A DNA stretch of 64,000 nt. Origin: Pavona decussata (taxonomy: Eukaryota). Numbering within the stretch: the first letter of the stretch is position 1; every line of letters starts with the position of its first letter. Location of the stretch: NCBI GenBank assembly GCA_977016875.1, contig CDRNST010000151.1, positions 1,674,001 to 1,738,000 of the forward strand. Reading direction: 5' to 3'. The translations under genes and the position numbers were made by a program. Of this stretch, positions 1 through 11,310 are shown in pieces. The notes beneath the pieces are model-generated. The model saw only the letters and a list, made by a program, of their open reading frames with translations. It ran no database searches and had not been told where the DNA came from.

Positions 1-1301
1 CCTTCCTTTGTTTATCTCTTAGTCGCTTCCCGCTCTGTTTGTTTTTTTCTGGACCTTTTGGTTTTTTTTTTCTCTCTGGCACTGCCTCCATCTTTTCTTT
101 TGCTCTCTTACCAAATCCGGATGATTTTTTCTCCATCTTTTTACTTGTTCCACCTTCTTCCCTTTCCCTTTTGTTGCCTTTTGTTTTATTGTTTCATTTT
201 CTTTCTTTAAACGCTGATCACTCTACCACATGTAAAAGTAATTAGCAGGTATTGCAATAAAAAGACAATGGAATGGATAAAAGTGTCTTTCTGTTTTTAT
301 ATAATAGTCTTGCAAAGCAAAGCAAAACCAAAGATCCATCTATGAAACTATTTTTTTTGACATTGCTGTAGTGCGAGTAAATATTACATCCTCTTCATCA
401 TCCTCGTGAATGTTGGTGTTTAGTAATTCTATTTCTACACGCTGTGATAATTGTCTGGACCACGTTGACTTGAACAATCGTAAAATTGATTGAATTAAAA
501 TTATACTCGTTGGTATAAACACTAGCGAACCAACAATAGTATAAATGTAGATTATGGAGTGATTATGATTTTCCGTGTTTATGAAGTGTTAATGATCTTG
601 GGTATTTCTTTTGGTGTTTGGAGTATAGGTGGAATCTTGCTGTGTAGTTGAACTTTTTTTTCCCTGTTTATTTATTTATTTACACTGTTACATAACATTT
701 TAAGAAAAATAATTAATTACAGGCATTGCTAGAAACGTGCAACACACACACTGTGGTAGGTGTAGTTGAACTTAGGAAGGACTGAACGAGATTTAATCTT
801 TTCAATGCTTCCTCTTGCGAGCTTCCTAGGAAGAATGGTTTTCTTTCGTTATCACCTATTTCAACTCCTTCACCAACATTAACTGAATAAAACATGATTG
901 TTCAACACTTACTTACTTTGGAAAATGTCTCCTCTAAAATTCTGCAATTTTCCTGTCTCCATCTTTTCTAGATTATTTTTATCCACCTTGCCGCTTTCTG
1001 TCTTGCATCGTGCACAGTAGAGCCTTTCTTTTGCTTTGGCTCCAAATTTTCCAAATTTAAAATAAAAATAAACAAAATGTGATTTAGAATTAAAGTTAAT
1101 AATAAAAACGCGTATAATAGTCTTATAATAGTCTTCTCTTCCTTTCCTCTAGCGGGACTTCGAGTTAAACTGTGATGTTTATTAAATGTTATTTCGCAAT
1201 CACTTCCTCAAAATTTATTTTTTTCAAATTTGAAACGTTTTTTCAATTAACCTTTTTCAATTAACGTTTATTAACCTTTTTAATTAATGCATACACGAAA
1301 T

Positions 1302-1985
1302 ATGGCGTCCGAAAGTTTTCTCGCTGTAGCGACTGTGACGAACGTTGAGCAGAATGCTGCTGATTATACAGTTAATGCAGATGCTGTTCAGCTGTTAAAA
1401 TCAAGGCTTTGAACCAAGAATTTAAAGAGGAAGAATTTAATCTTGAAGCGTTGCGTGAAATAAGCGATGCTATCTCCACACCGCCGGTTATGTATAGCAC
1501 AAACACTGGCCACGAGACTGCTTCTATTGCTAGTTCTAAAAGAGGGAAAGGGAAGGGTAGAAATTCTAATAAAGCAACTCAAGAGCAGCAGCAGCACCAC
1601 CAACAGCAGCAACTACAGAGGGAAGGAATGTGCTGTAGTGCCTGATAGCACTTCTCTTCTCTTTCAAAACAGTGGAGTGGCTGCAGAATATGTACCTTCG
1701 CAAACAATGGATTTTATTCAGATCAATAACATATCACCTGTTCAACATATGCCTTTGATTAATCTGCAGCTGGGATTAAACATTCCTGAAAACAGATCTC
1801 AAGCATTGCATTTGCCAGCAAAACTGCAATGTAATAGCATCACACCTTTGCAAGCCCTTTCACCACCTGGAGCTCAAATGGTGGAAGTTATGTTTACATC
1901 AAAGCCGGCTGATGACAATAGGAAGAATATAGTGAAGCCTTACTATCTCAATCAATGTAAGAATAGATTACGCAAGTATCAGTAG
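1302..1985 (+). pseudogene. Unknown, probably viral accessory gene; frameshifted, possibly spliced, truncated by Polinton A left end
   Basis: ATG 1302 (MASESFLAV...), frameshift near 1408 into ORF 1409-1645 (poly-Q), acceptor-like ttctctttcaaaacag ~1672; ORF 1467-1985 ends at a stop inside the AGTAGT terminus. Confidence 0.35.
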
Positions 1986-2340
1986 TAGTCTATTCGGGAT
2001 GACTAGATCAATTTTATTCATGTATTCAAATAGATTTAAGACCCCATGTAGGTATAGGAGAGAAGGTGTAATGAGATGCAAGCGATCTAGGTATAGGAGG
2101 GGTGTAATGAGATGCCAACGGTCTGGGTATAGTAGGGGTTTAATGAGGTGCAAGGGTATGTATGATTTGAAGTTTATTATTGTAAATTAATTGGAGTAAA
2201 GTGTACTGTGTTCTGGCTGTACGATTCCGCCCAACCATCCGGGTAGTACATCAAATATATAGGGAAAGAACAATAGGTGTGCTAAGAACCAATGAGAGAT
2301 CACTGACGGAAACTATTGAACGGGTCAAACTGGTTTTGAG
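1981..2340 (+). repeat. Left terminal inverted repeat of Polinton A
   Basis: Shares exact TAGATCAATTTTATTCATGTATTCAAATAGATT and diverged AATGAGATGCAAG and ATATAGGGAAAGAACAAT blocks with the reverse complement of 23060-23436; internal ~36-bp triplication at 2050-2160. Confidence 0.85.
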
Positions 2341-2549
2341 ACCGGTTGGATTTGAGGATTCAAAATGGTGGTCATATTGTTGAAAGGAAACCGGTCAATC
2401 TAGTTTTAAACCAACGGTTTGAATTTTAACGTCGGTTGGATGAGCGGATTAAAAATCGAAGCCAGATCTTGTGAGAAAACCGGTCAAACTAGTTTTAAGG
2501 AGATAATTTAAAAGTAACGGAAAAAAAAAATCTGTTCATATGAATAGAG

Positions 2550-2942
2550 ATGAATCACATGATTGAGCAACAGATCTTTGCTCTGGATATGGAGGCCTTA
2601 ATGTCCCGGTTTCAACGCTTACAGATTGAAGACAAAGTGGTAACTTTACTTAATGCACTTTGGGATGAATTGTGTATCCATACGACAGAGCGTCGCAAAG
2701 TTGAAATCAGTAATGATCAGAATGGGATGGAAGTAGTGATTGGTGAATTGCTAGTACCCACATTTTACTTTATGAACAAGAAGAAATTTTGGCGTCATCT
2801 AAAGAACATTTTAAAGTCACAAGTGCATTCCGAATACTGGCTAAAGATCATCATTCGACAAAACTTTGTAACTGACTGGAGCAATGAACCTTTTATACCA
2901 TGGTATTGGAGCATGAAAGAAACTTTCACCTTTAAACAGTAA
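2550..2942 (+). CDS. Hypothetical Polinton accessory protein (130 aa)
   Basis: Intact ATG-TAA ORF just inside the TIR, AATAAA downstream; no motif recognised. Confidence 0.55.
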   Translation: MNHMIEQQIFALDMEALMSRFQRLQIEDKVVTLLNALWDELCIHTTERRKVEISNDQNGMEVVIGELLVPTFYFMNKKKFWRHLKNILKSQVHSEYWLKIIIRQNFVTDWSNEPFIPWYWSMKETFTFKQ

Positions 2943-3181
2943 AGGAGACATCAAGTGTGTGAAAATTCATTTATTATTACAAAGATATGTGGGAAATAAA
3001 AGAAACAAAAAAGCGTATGAAATGAAACTATTTACATTTTGATTTTATATACAACAAGAAGAAGAAGAAGAAGAAGAAATAAATAAACCCTATTCAACAA
3101 CACCATTTTTGTTTTCTAATTAGAAGAATAGAATGAGAGACGAAAACTATATACATAGGCAGAGACTGCCGAGAAAGGTCC

Positions 3182-3898
3182 TTAAGAAAAATAATACCTG
3201 CGAACCTTTCTTATCAGCCTCCGACAGTGTCTACAATTTTCGTCTCCGTGGCAGTTGGAAGCTATACATGCCACTATTCTCCTAATTAAAAAACAAAATT
3301 CGTGTTGTTGAATAGGTTTTAACCCCTTAAAAAAATAGGTGCAAGCCACGCATTCTGCATCAAAATCGGTGTGGGGGTGTCTCTCGGGGCAGAACTATAG
3401 GAAAGAGAGAACAGAGAAAACGATGTATGAGAAATGACTAGCATGAAAGATTATGCAGAAAACATTTTATACATCGATAACATGCAATAGCTCATCAGTG
3501 TTACTAATAAAAACAATAAAAACAAAACGCATTCTTCCATTGTTTACATTTGTCCGTAAATGTGTTGTAAACTAAAACAAGAACTATCTTTCGAAATGAA
3601 AATACTATTCTTACTCTTTGCCAGCTCCTCATGATTTCTTCGTCAGCCGCCATATGTTCCTCTGACGGCTGACGAAATGGCGCCCGGCGCATTGGGCAAT
3701 TTTGGCTTGCCGGCGTTCTTTCTCTCATCCATCTGAAATGAAATAAATACTTCGTTTAGAAGTTTGAAACATCATACAGGAGCAAATGACATTTTTTTCT
3801 TACCTTTTGATGCACTTTAAGTGCAAAAACTGTCTGCAACAAGGCATGTGCCTTGTCTGGAAGCTTTCTTCCAGACAAATGAAGCATACGTTAAGTAC
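3182..3898 (-). CDS. Spliced RING-finger protein (putative E3 ligase); exons 3898-3804, 3732-3615, 3394-3182
   Basis: GT-AG introns with consistent phases give VLNVCFICLEESFQTRHMPCCRQFLHLKCIKRWMRERTPASQNCPMRRAPF...FCPERHPH...CVAC...CHGDENCRHC...YYFS*; last RING Cys is CGC (Arg). Confidence 0.8.
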
Positions 3899-3959
3899 CT
3901 GTAATAAAGTATAAGGAAGAAAAAAAAAACAGTCAGCAATACTTCATTAGTGTGGCGTC

Positions 3960-4356
3960 GTTTCTTTACAAAGCGGTTGTTGAATAAGGTGTATTGATTT
4001 CAAAACATGTCCTTAGAGAATATCCTATCAATTGACATCAATAGGCAAGTTATGTTTGAGCGGGTCCATTTTTCATACCGCTCTTTTAACAGAAAAAAAA
4101 AAAGTTCTCTTTTTAAACGAAGTAATAAGTTCCCGCTTGTTTCTTTACAAAGCGGTTGACGAATAAGGCGTATTCAAAACATGTCCTTAGAGAATATGTT
4201 TTCAATTGTTATCAATAGGTAAGCTATGTTTGAGCGTGTCCATTTTGCATACTTCTCTTTTAAGAGAAAAAAACAAACGTTCAGCACAGAAATGAAATTT
4301 TCTCATGCTTGCAAGGAAAAGGAAAAATTTCTTTTGAATGAAGTAATGAGTTCCCG
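3960..4356. repeat. Two-copy ~180-bp direct duplication
   Basis: gtttctttacaaagcggttg...caaaacatgtccttagagaatat...gaagtaat(a/g)agttcccg repeated at ~3960 and ~4139. Confidence 0.75.
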
Positions 4357-5184
4357 TGCAAGAGGACGTTTGTTTTTCAGCCAAAGGATGCCTACTTTTA
4401 TTGATTAACACAGCAACAGTTCATAACATTGAATGTCTAAATACGTATATGTTCAATTTACTGACATAAATACGCGTAACAGTTTGAATTGCTTTCCGAA
4501 ACTAAAATTACACTTGAGAGCGTTATCGTCTGTTCTTGTTGACTTCAATTTTTTTTTTTGCGCCTAATTTTTGGCGCCCATTTAATCGCGCGCGCCTTTC
4601 GTCAAGTTGATCTCATTTTCTCCGCTTGTAAGTATAAATAAAATTGAGGTGACATAAATGCGCGTAACAGTTTGAATTGCTTTCCGAAACTAAAATTATA
4701 TTTGAAAGCGTTATCGTCTGTTCTTGTTGACTTCAATTTTTTTTTTCGCGCCTAATTTTTGGCGCCCGTTTAATCGCGCACGCTTTTCGTCAAGTTGATC
4801 TCATTTTCTCCACTAGTAAGTATAAATAAAATTGAGGCGACATAAATACGCGTAACAGTTTGAATTGCTTTCCGAAACTAAAATTATATTTGAGAGCGTT
4901 ATCGTCTTTCCCTGTTGACTTCAAATTTTGGCGCCCATTTAATCGCGCGCGCCTTTCGTCAAGTTGATCTCATTTTCTCCGCTTGTAAGTATAAATAAAA
5001 TTGAGGTGACATAAATACGCGTAAAAGTTTGAATTGCTTTTCCGAAACTAAAATTATATTTGAAAGCATTATCGTCTTTTCCCTGAACAACGCAAAATAA
5101 TTTTCATTGAAATCAACTACACACAAAGTAATTGACAAATTTACTTACCATTCTAATGACAACTTTAGTAATTTCACAGTCCAT
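4170..5184 (-). pseudogene. Two-exon accessory gene (exon 1 5184-5149 MDCEITKVVIRM; exon 2 from 5082), disrupted by internal tandem repeats and stops
   Basis: Minus-strand TATAAAA ~5300, ATG 5184, GTAAGT donor 5148, ttgttcag acceptor 5083; frame GKDDNAFKYNFSFG...KQFKLLRVFMS...KEKYAKWTRSNIAYLL with several TGA/TAA stops. Confidence 0.5.
4462..5082. repeat. ~188-bp tandem repeat, ~3.4 copies
   Basis: Unit gacataaatacgcgtaacagtttgaattgc... at ~4462, 4650, 4838, 5007; contains TTTTGGCGCC and CGCGCGCG. Confidence 0.9.
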
Positions 5185-5501
5185 CTTTTTCGATTTGCTT
5201 TAAGCTCGCTTGCTTTCTACTCTTTCAATCTCTTTCGACTCTTTGCACCACTTCAAAGGTTAACACAACGTGCAAGGGTTCTCCGATGTAAGATGCATTT
5301 TATACCATACATGACGTCGGTAAAAGGTTATTGGATATTAACTATTCACAGTGATTCTTTACTTCATGGAAGAGTTGATTGGGCAAAATGCGTAAAACTA
5401 TCATTGAACTTCATACTGTACGAATGGTTTCAAAAGATGAACGCCTTTATTCAGCTATGTAAATTTTCAACCGTTCAGTTTACCATAACGTTAGACGTTG
5501 T

Positions 5502-6095
5502 ACTGTGTGATTGGAGTTCAATTTACAAGTTCGTTACAATACCGTTACACAATTTACTGTGCGTTTGGCGTATTTTAAATCTGACCGATTTATTAGCGTT
5601 TGGCGTTAAAATCGTTACTGGTTTGACAGCGTCCTTCACCGGATCCATACAATTTACAAGTGCGCTAAAAAACGTTAAACATAACACTGTGTGATTGGTG
5701 TATTTTAAATCTGACCGTTTATAAGCGTTTGGTCTTAAAATTGTAACTGGTTTGACAGCGTCCTTTTTGCTCGGACCGTTCAATTTATAAATTCGTTTAA
5801 AAAAAAAAAAGGTTAAACATTACACTGTGCGATTGGTGTATTCTAAATCTGACCGTTTATAAGCGTTTGGTCTTACAATCGTAACTGGTTTGACAGCGTC
5901 CTTTTTGGTCGGACCGTTCAATTTATCAATTCGTTAAACTTAGTACGGTTAAACAATTTACTGTACGATTGGTTTATTTAAAATCTTACAGGTTTATAAG
6001 TGTTTCGCCTTAAAATCATAACTTGTCTGACAGCGTCCTTTTTGGTCGGAAAATTGGCTATAAAAGTACAGATCCAGTACGAGTTTTTTCATTCC
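5502..6095. promoter_or_regulatory. ~130-137-bp x4 tandem repeat forming a probable bidirectional promoter/enhancer
   Basis: Units actgtg(c/t)gattggtgtattttaaatctgaccg...aactggtttgacagcgtcc at ~5557, 5686, 5824, 5960; ATTGG (reverse CCAAT) in most units; TATAAAAG at 6059 before ATG 6107; opposite TATA ~5300. Confidence 0.65.
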
Positions 6096-6106
6096 AAGCC
6101 AACAAA

Positions 6107-6964
6107 ATGAAGCAAAAAGTAATGTTCAACGCTAACGTCTCAAATGCTGTTTTCAGCAAAAGTAGAAAGACAGATGGATGCATTCAACGAATACAAAATA
6201 CACCTTTGGTTGAGGAAAGCGAAATTGTTTCACGCAATTCTGAATTTCAGTTGATAAACGCCGCTCAAAAGATAGCGCTACACGAACATCACTTACAGCG
6301 AAAGAGATGTCTACTCCCAATGCGACAGGACATTTTTGAAGCCTTTTGGACCATATACGAAGACGAGACGTGGAATCATCTGGTTTACGTGGTTGGTACT
6401 GTCGATATAACGTCAGTACATGTAGAAACATTTGCGCTCGAAGCTGTTCGGTCTGTGGACAAAAATGAAATCGTGAAGTTGTGGCACGAAAAATGCACGT
6501 TTCTTTTCCCATCCGTTGAGCAACATCAGATGGTTCCGTTTCGCGAACGTTGGTTGCAAACTCAATTTAAAGAAGAAAAGAACATTAAAAAAATGTTAAA
6601 CAAATTATCTGAAAGAGTGGAGAAATCAACACATTGGTTAAGCGATCTCGTAGACGAATTGGTGACCTCTCCTGATACGCCACAAACACCTGAATTCAAC
6701 TATGAAAGTGTTACGGAAGCTTTAGCTGAACTGGAATCATTCCATTCTGAGATCTTTTCGGAACACTCGACACCGGAAGAAGAAGAAAAAGAAGAAGAAG
6801 AAGAAGAAGGTATTCAACACGAAACGACTGATGATTTTGACTACGATGTAACGGACAGTGAGCTCGTGGAATGTATGGAATGTTGGGAAGAACAGCAACT
6901 AGGAAACGCAAAAGAAATGTGGGATTACAATTACCTTTTAAACGATGAGGTTAGCCAAATGTAA
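6107..6964 (+). CDS. Hypothetical accessory protein with highly acidic C-terminus (285 aa)
   Basis: Intact ORF after a TATA box; poly-E tract, SPDTPQTP, DFDYDVTDSELVECMECWEE. Confidence 0.7.
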   Translation: MKQKVMFNANVSNAVFSKSRKTDGCIQRIQNTPLVEESEIVSRNSEFQLINAAQKIALHEHHLQRKRCLLPMRQDIFEAFWTIYEDETWNHLVYVVGTVDITSVHVETFALEAVRSVDKNEIVKLWHEKCTFLFPSVEQHQMVPFRERWLQTQFKEEKNIKKMLNKLSERVEKSTHWLSDLVDELVTSPDTPQTPEFNYESVTEALAELESFHSEIFSEHSTPEEEEKEEEEEEGIQHETTDDFDYDVTDSELVECMECWEEQQLGNAKEMWDYNYLLNDEVSQM

Positions 6965-7444
6965 GAACCTTTAATCGTTTTGAGTAATTTTAATTTTTCA
7001 TTGCCATGTTCATTTGTTTTGTAATATACGTTTCAATCAAGATTGAAATGTTCTATTGTTTGAATTGATTAGACAAACACCATTTTGAATGAATGATTAG
7101 ACCGTCATTTTAATTAGTTTGTAACACCATTATTTGAATAGACAACAACACATCTATAGATAATTAATCAATTTTTTTTTTTGCTTTTGATTCCTACGTT
7201 TATTTGTTGGAGTATGAAGTAAGTGTGCAAGTACCACCGCTGATTATTATGCAAGGACGTTACTGTACTATTTTTCTGCAAGTAACGCCATAACGTTACT
7301 GATCTATTTTTCTGCAAGTACAACCACTGACTAGTATGCAAGTATCGCCAGAATCGTCCACCATTTTGACTTAAATAGGTATGAATCATTTTGAATTTAT
7401 TAGTTCTTTGATTTTTCTTACAGTTAATTTTCTTTTGTTCATAG

Positions 7445-10400
7445 TTTGAAGACGAAGAATGTTTGATAGCGGAGCAAGAGGTTGGCGCTGGTAACAATCT
7501 GTGGACCTCTGACCAGCATTATACTCTCCGTGAAGTGGCTAGGAGACGCGTCCGAAAATTTAATACCACGGGAACCGACTATCACCTTTCATTGAACCCA
7601 CAGCTTGATGGACTTCCGCTAATGGATCGACTTGGTAATGTTTTGGATTCAATGGTCGACGAGATGACGATGGGTATGGCTGACAATGATCTCGTCCGAT
7701 TTGTTCTACAAAGCCGTTCTCTAGAATATCCTATTTCTTTACCTTTCATGCCACGTCATGAACTGAATGCAGAAAGGATCATGAGTGAGGTGCAGCGAGT
7801 TTTGCAGTCAAACGAAAACGTCAACCTTAAGGATGGAATGAGTGTCCATTTGGTTCACGTTGGGATGCCACAGGGGGGAGTGGCCTCACGTAAGAGAAAA
7901 CATTATGGATTTAAGTTGTCCAAGTTTCTGGACAGCAAACAATGTGTCCTGCGCATCAAGAACAAAGATTTTCTATGCCTTGCCCGCGCTTTAGTAACGG
8001 ACATTGCTCGACAAGAGAAAGATCCTGAATGGAATTCAATTCGCCTAGGACGTAAGCAGCAACGGCTCCTTGCTCAACGAATGCATCAGAAGGCTGGTGT
8101 GCACGAAGGTCTCTGTGGCCTACCAGAAGTCGCCAAATTTCAAAACGTGATTGAAGATTACCAAATCATCGTTCTGTCTGCCAAACATTTCAACGCCATT
8201 ATCTATGAAGGACCACGACGAGATAAACAAATTTACCTATATCATCACGAAAATCATTATGACGTCATCACATCCGTCTCCGCTTTCTTAGGTAGAAGTT
8301 ATTGGTGCTTAGAATGTAAGAAAGGATACAACAACAAAGAAGAACATCGTTGCAGTAAAATATGCAAGTGCTGCTTCACCGAAGGTTGTCAAGGGTATAT
8401 CCAGAAAGTACCGTGGCGAGAGTGTGGGGAGTGTCACAGAATGTTCGCCAGAGACGAATGCTACGCTAACCACTGCCGACCCAACAAAGAAGGAGAATCG
8501 GTTTGTCAAAAGTTCTACAAATGTAAAAAATGTAACAAAGTCATGTCGCACAAGAAAAGAAGTCCAAAAGCTCACATGTGTGGTGAAAAAATGTGTTGGA
8601 ACTGTGAGGAATTTGTGGACCCCAATACGCATCGCTGCTACATGAAGCCTATCGTGTTTCAACAAGCAGAAGGGAAACAGACGTAAAAGAAGACGTGTTT
8701 CAGAAGAGCTGATTGACGATGACGTAGAGGAAAGTGATGAACAAAAAGGGCAGGAATATTTGTTCTTCGATATCGAGAGCAGGCAAGACGATGGACAGCA
8801 TATCGCCAATTTATTAATTGTACAAGATGAAACGGGGTTTGAAATGGTGTTCAAGGGGGATGACTGCGTGGACCAGTTTGGCACGTGGCTGTTAGATGGA
8901 ACTCATGAAGGTGCCATCGTCACCGCCCACAACCTCAGGGGTTATGACGGGTTTCTCCTCTGTGAATACTTCTACAAAGAGTGTCTATTACCAAGCCTAA
9001 TCCTGAGCGGTGCCAAAATCATGTCTATGGAACTCGAACAAGCCAAGATCAAGTTCCGCGATTCTTTAAATTTCCTCCCAATGCCACTGAAAGCCTTGCC
9101 CAAAACCTTTGGTCTGACGGAACTCAAGAAAGGTTACTTCCCTCATTTCTTTAACAGAAAAGAAAATCAGCAGTATGTTGGTCCTCTTCCCCCTGTTGAA
9201 AACTACGATCCAGATGGCATGAGTACGAAAGAACGTCAAGAATTCCTCAGGTGGTATGAAGAAATGACAAATGAAGAGCATGTCTTTGATTTTGAAAAGG
9301 AAATCGAGGAATATTGTCGCAGCGATGTAGACATTCTCAGACGGTGCTGCCTGGAGTTTAAACAGTTGATGGAAGAAACCTGCAATCTCGACCCTTTCAA
9401 GTACTGTGTTACCATTGCAAGTGCCTGTAACCGTGTGTTCCGACAAAATTTCTTAAAAGAAAACACTATTGGTCTCATTCCTGCACAAGGGTAGCAACCC
9501 GCCCGAAAATATTCTGTCATGGCCCTCCAGTGGCTAGTGTGGGTTCATCACCAGACAGGAGACCGTATTCTACACGCTTTGAATGGGGGAGAGCAACGAA
9601 TCGATGGTAACTACGTGGATGGCTATAATCCTGAGAAGACGACCATCTATGAATTCATGGGGTGCCTGTGGCATGGTTGTTCCCGATGCTATCTACATAA
9701 TACCATGAACCCAGTGAATGACACAAGCATGGAAGATCTCTTGGAAGGTACCATTCGCAAAGTTGAGCATTTCAAGAACCTTGGATTCCAAGTAGAAGTG
9801 AAATGGGAATGTGAATTCAAGCAAGAGCTAACAACCAACCCAGAGATGAAATCTTTTGTTGAAAGTCTCAAGTTTGACACGCCTTTAGAACCCCGGCATG
9901 CGTTTTTCGGTGGACGTACAAATGCTATCTGTCTTCACAAGGAAGTGAATGAGAACGAGAAGATCCATTACGTGGACTTTACATCATTGTACCCTTGGAC
10001 AAACAAGTATTGCAAAATTCCAATCCAGCATCCTGAGATTTTAACAATTGAAGCCTTAATCAACCGTTCACCCCGTGAGTTCTTTGGGCTGATCAAGTGT
10101 GACATCCTTCCACCCACCTTTCTGTTCCACCCTGTGCTGCCCTACCGTGCCAATGGAAAACTGATGTTCCCTCTCTGCAGAACATGTGCTGAGAGCCTAC
10201 AACAGGCACCCTGTGAACATACAGATGAAGAACGTATGCTGTCTGGAACCTGGTGCTCCATTGAAATTGATAAGGCGTTGGAGCTGGGATACCGCGTGGT
10301 TCGAATGATTGAGGTGTGGCACTTCCCTCAGAAATCGTCCGAGCTCTTTACAGGGTACATCGATACCTTCCTTAAAATCAAGCAGGAAGCGAGTGGGTGG

Positions 10401-11221
10401 CCCTCTTGATGTGAGTCAGAAGCTCAAAAACAAGAGTACATTAGAGAGTATAAACGGAAAGAAGGCATCAAGTTGGACCATGGAAAGATTAAGAAGAACC
10501 CTGGACTACGTTCACTCGCCAAGTTAATGTTGAATTCCTTCTGGGGAAAATTTGGCCAACGCGACAATATGCCTAGGGTGGAGCTTGTGAAGGACCCAGA
10601 ACGTTACTTCCGGCTTCTCACCTGTCGGTCGACGCAAGTCAAAAACATTCAACTCGTCAACGACGAATGTGTAGAAGTGTATTACACTCAAGGGGATGGA
10701 TTTGTTCCCATGTCTTATAAGACCAATGTCGTAATCGCTGCTTTCACGACAGCCCATGCCAGGCTGAAGCTCTACTCGGTGCTCGAACGTCTTCAGGGAC
10801 GGGTGCTGTACTTTGACACCGACTCTGTGATATTTACAAGCCAGACTGATGAATGGATACCACCCTTAGTGACTACCTGGGAGAACTGACGAACGAACTT
10901 GATGATGGTGAGTACATCACCACGTTTGCGTCTGGAGGACCTAAAAACTACACATATCAAACAAAGAATGGGAAAACAGTCTGTAAGGTCAGAGGATTCA
11001 CCCTCAATTTTCGTGGATCACAGAAGCTCAACTTTGAAACCATGTGTGGTCAAGTCTGCAATCCAAATGGAGAACCAATCTATCTGGAGAACCCTCATTT
11101 CATCAAACGTAATGCGAAAACAAAGACGATTCATACAAGCAAGTTGACGAAGAAATATAACGTGGTGTATGACAAAAGGGTTGTACAAGGTTTCAATACA
11201 TTCCCATATGGTTACCGCTGA
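7445..11221 (+). pseudogene. pPolB: Protein-primed family B DNA polymerase (pPolB) with terminal-protein/OTU-like N-terminus, Zn fingers and VSR-like nuclease insert
   Basis: FFDIES, AHNLRGYDG, YCRSDVDIL, EFMGCLWHGC/VKWEC, DFTSLYP, KLMLNSFWGK, YFDTDS, GPKNY; OTU-like DFLCLARA...HYD; frameshifts ~8680 and ~10865, stops 9492 and 10407; preceded by acceptor ttcatag 7444. Confidence 0.97.
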
Positions 11222-11310
11222 AGAGCGACGACCTCATTGTGGAGGATAGGGATGGCTATAAGGGGAGGTTTGGAGGCCATCTACCGCTCATTACACATTC
11301 AACTGTCAGT

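Noticed and set aside
1940-1980. Continuation of integrase B left of element A (DTCVIYSYID*)
   Set aside because: Stops immediately and shows no downstream integrase motifs
5107-5694. 195-aa plus-strand ORF
   Set aside because: Non-ATG start; overlaps the promoter, repeat and antisense leader exon; no motifs
8670-10870. Programmed frameshift or readthrough in pPolB
   Set aside because: Similar lesions occur in all core genes; ordinary decay is simpler
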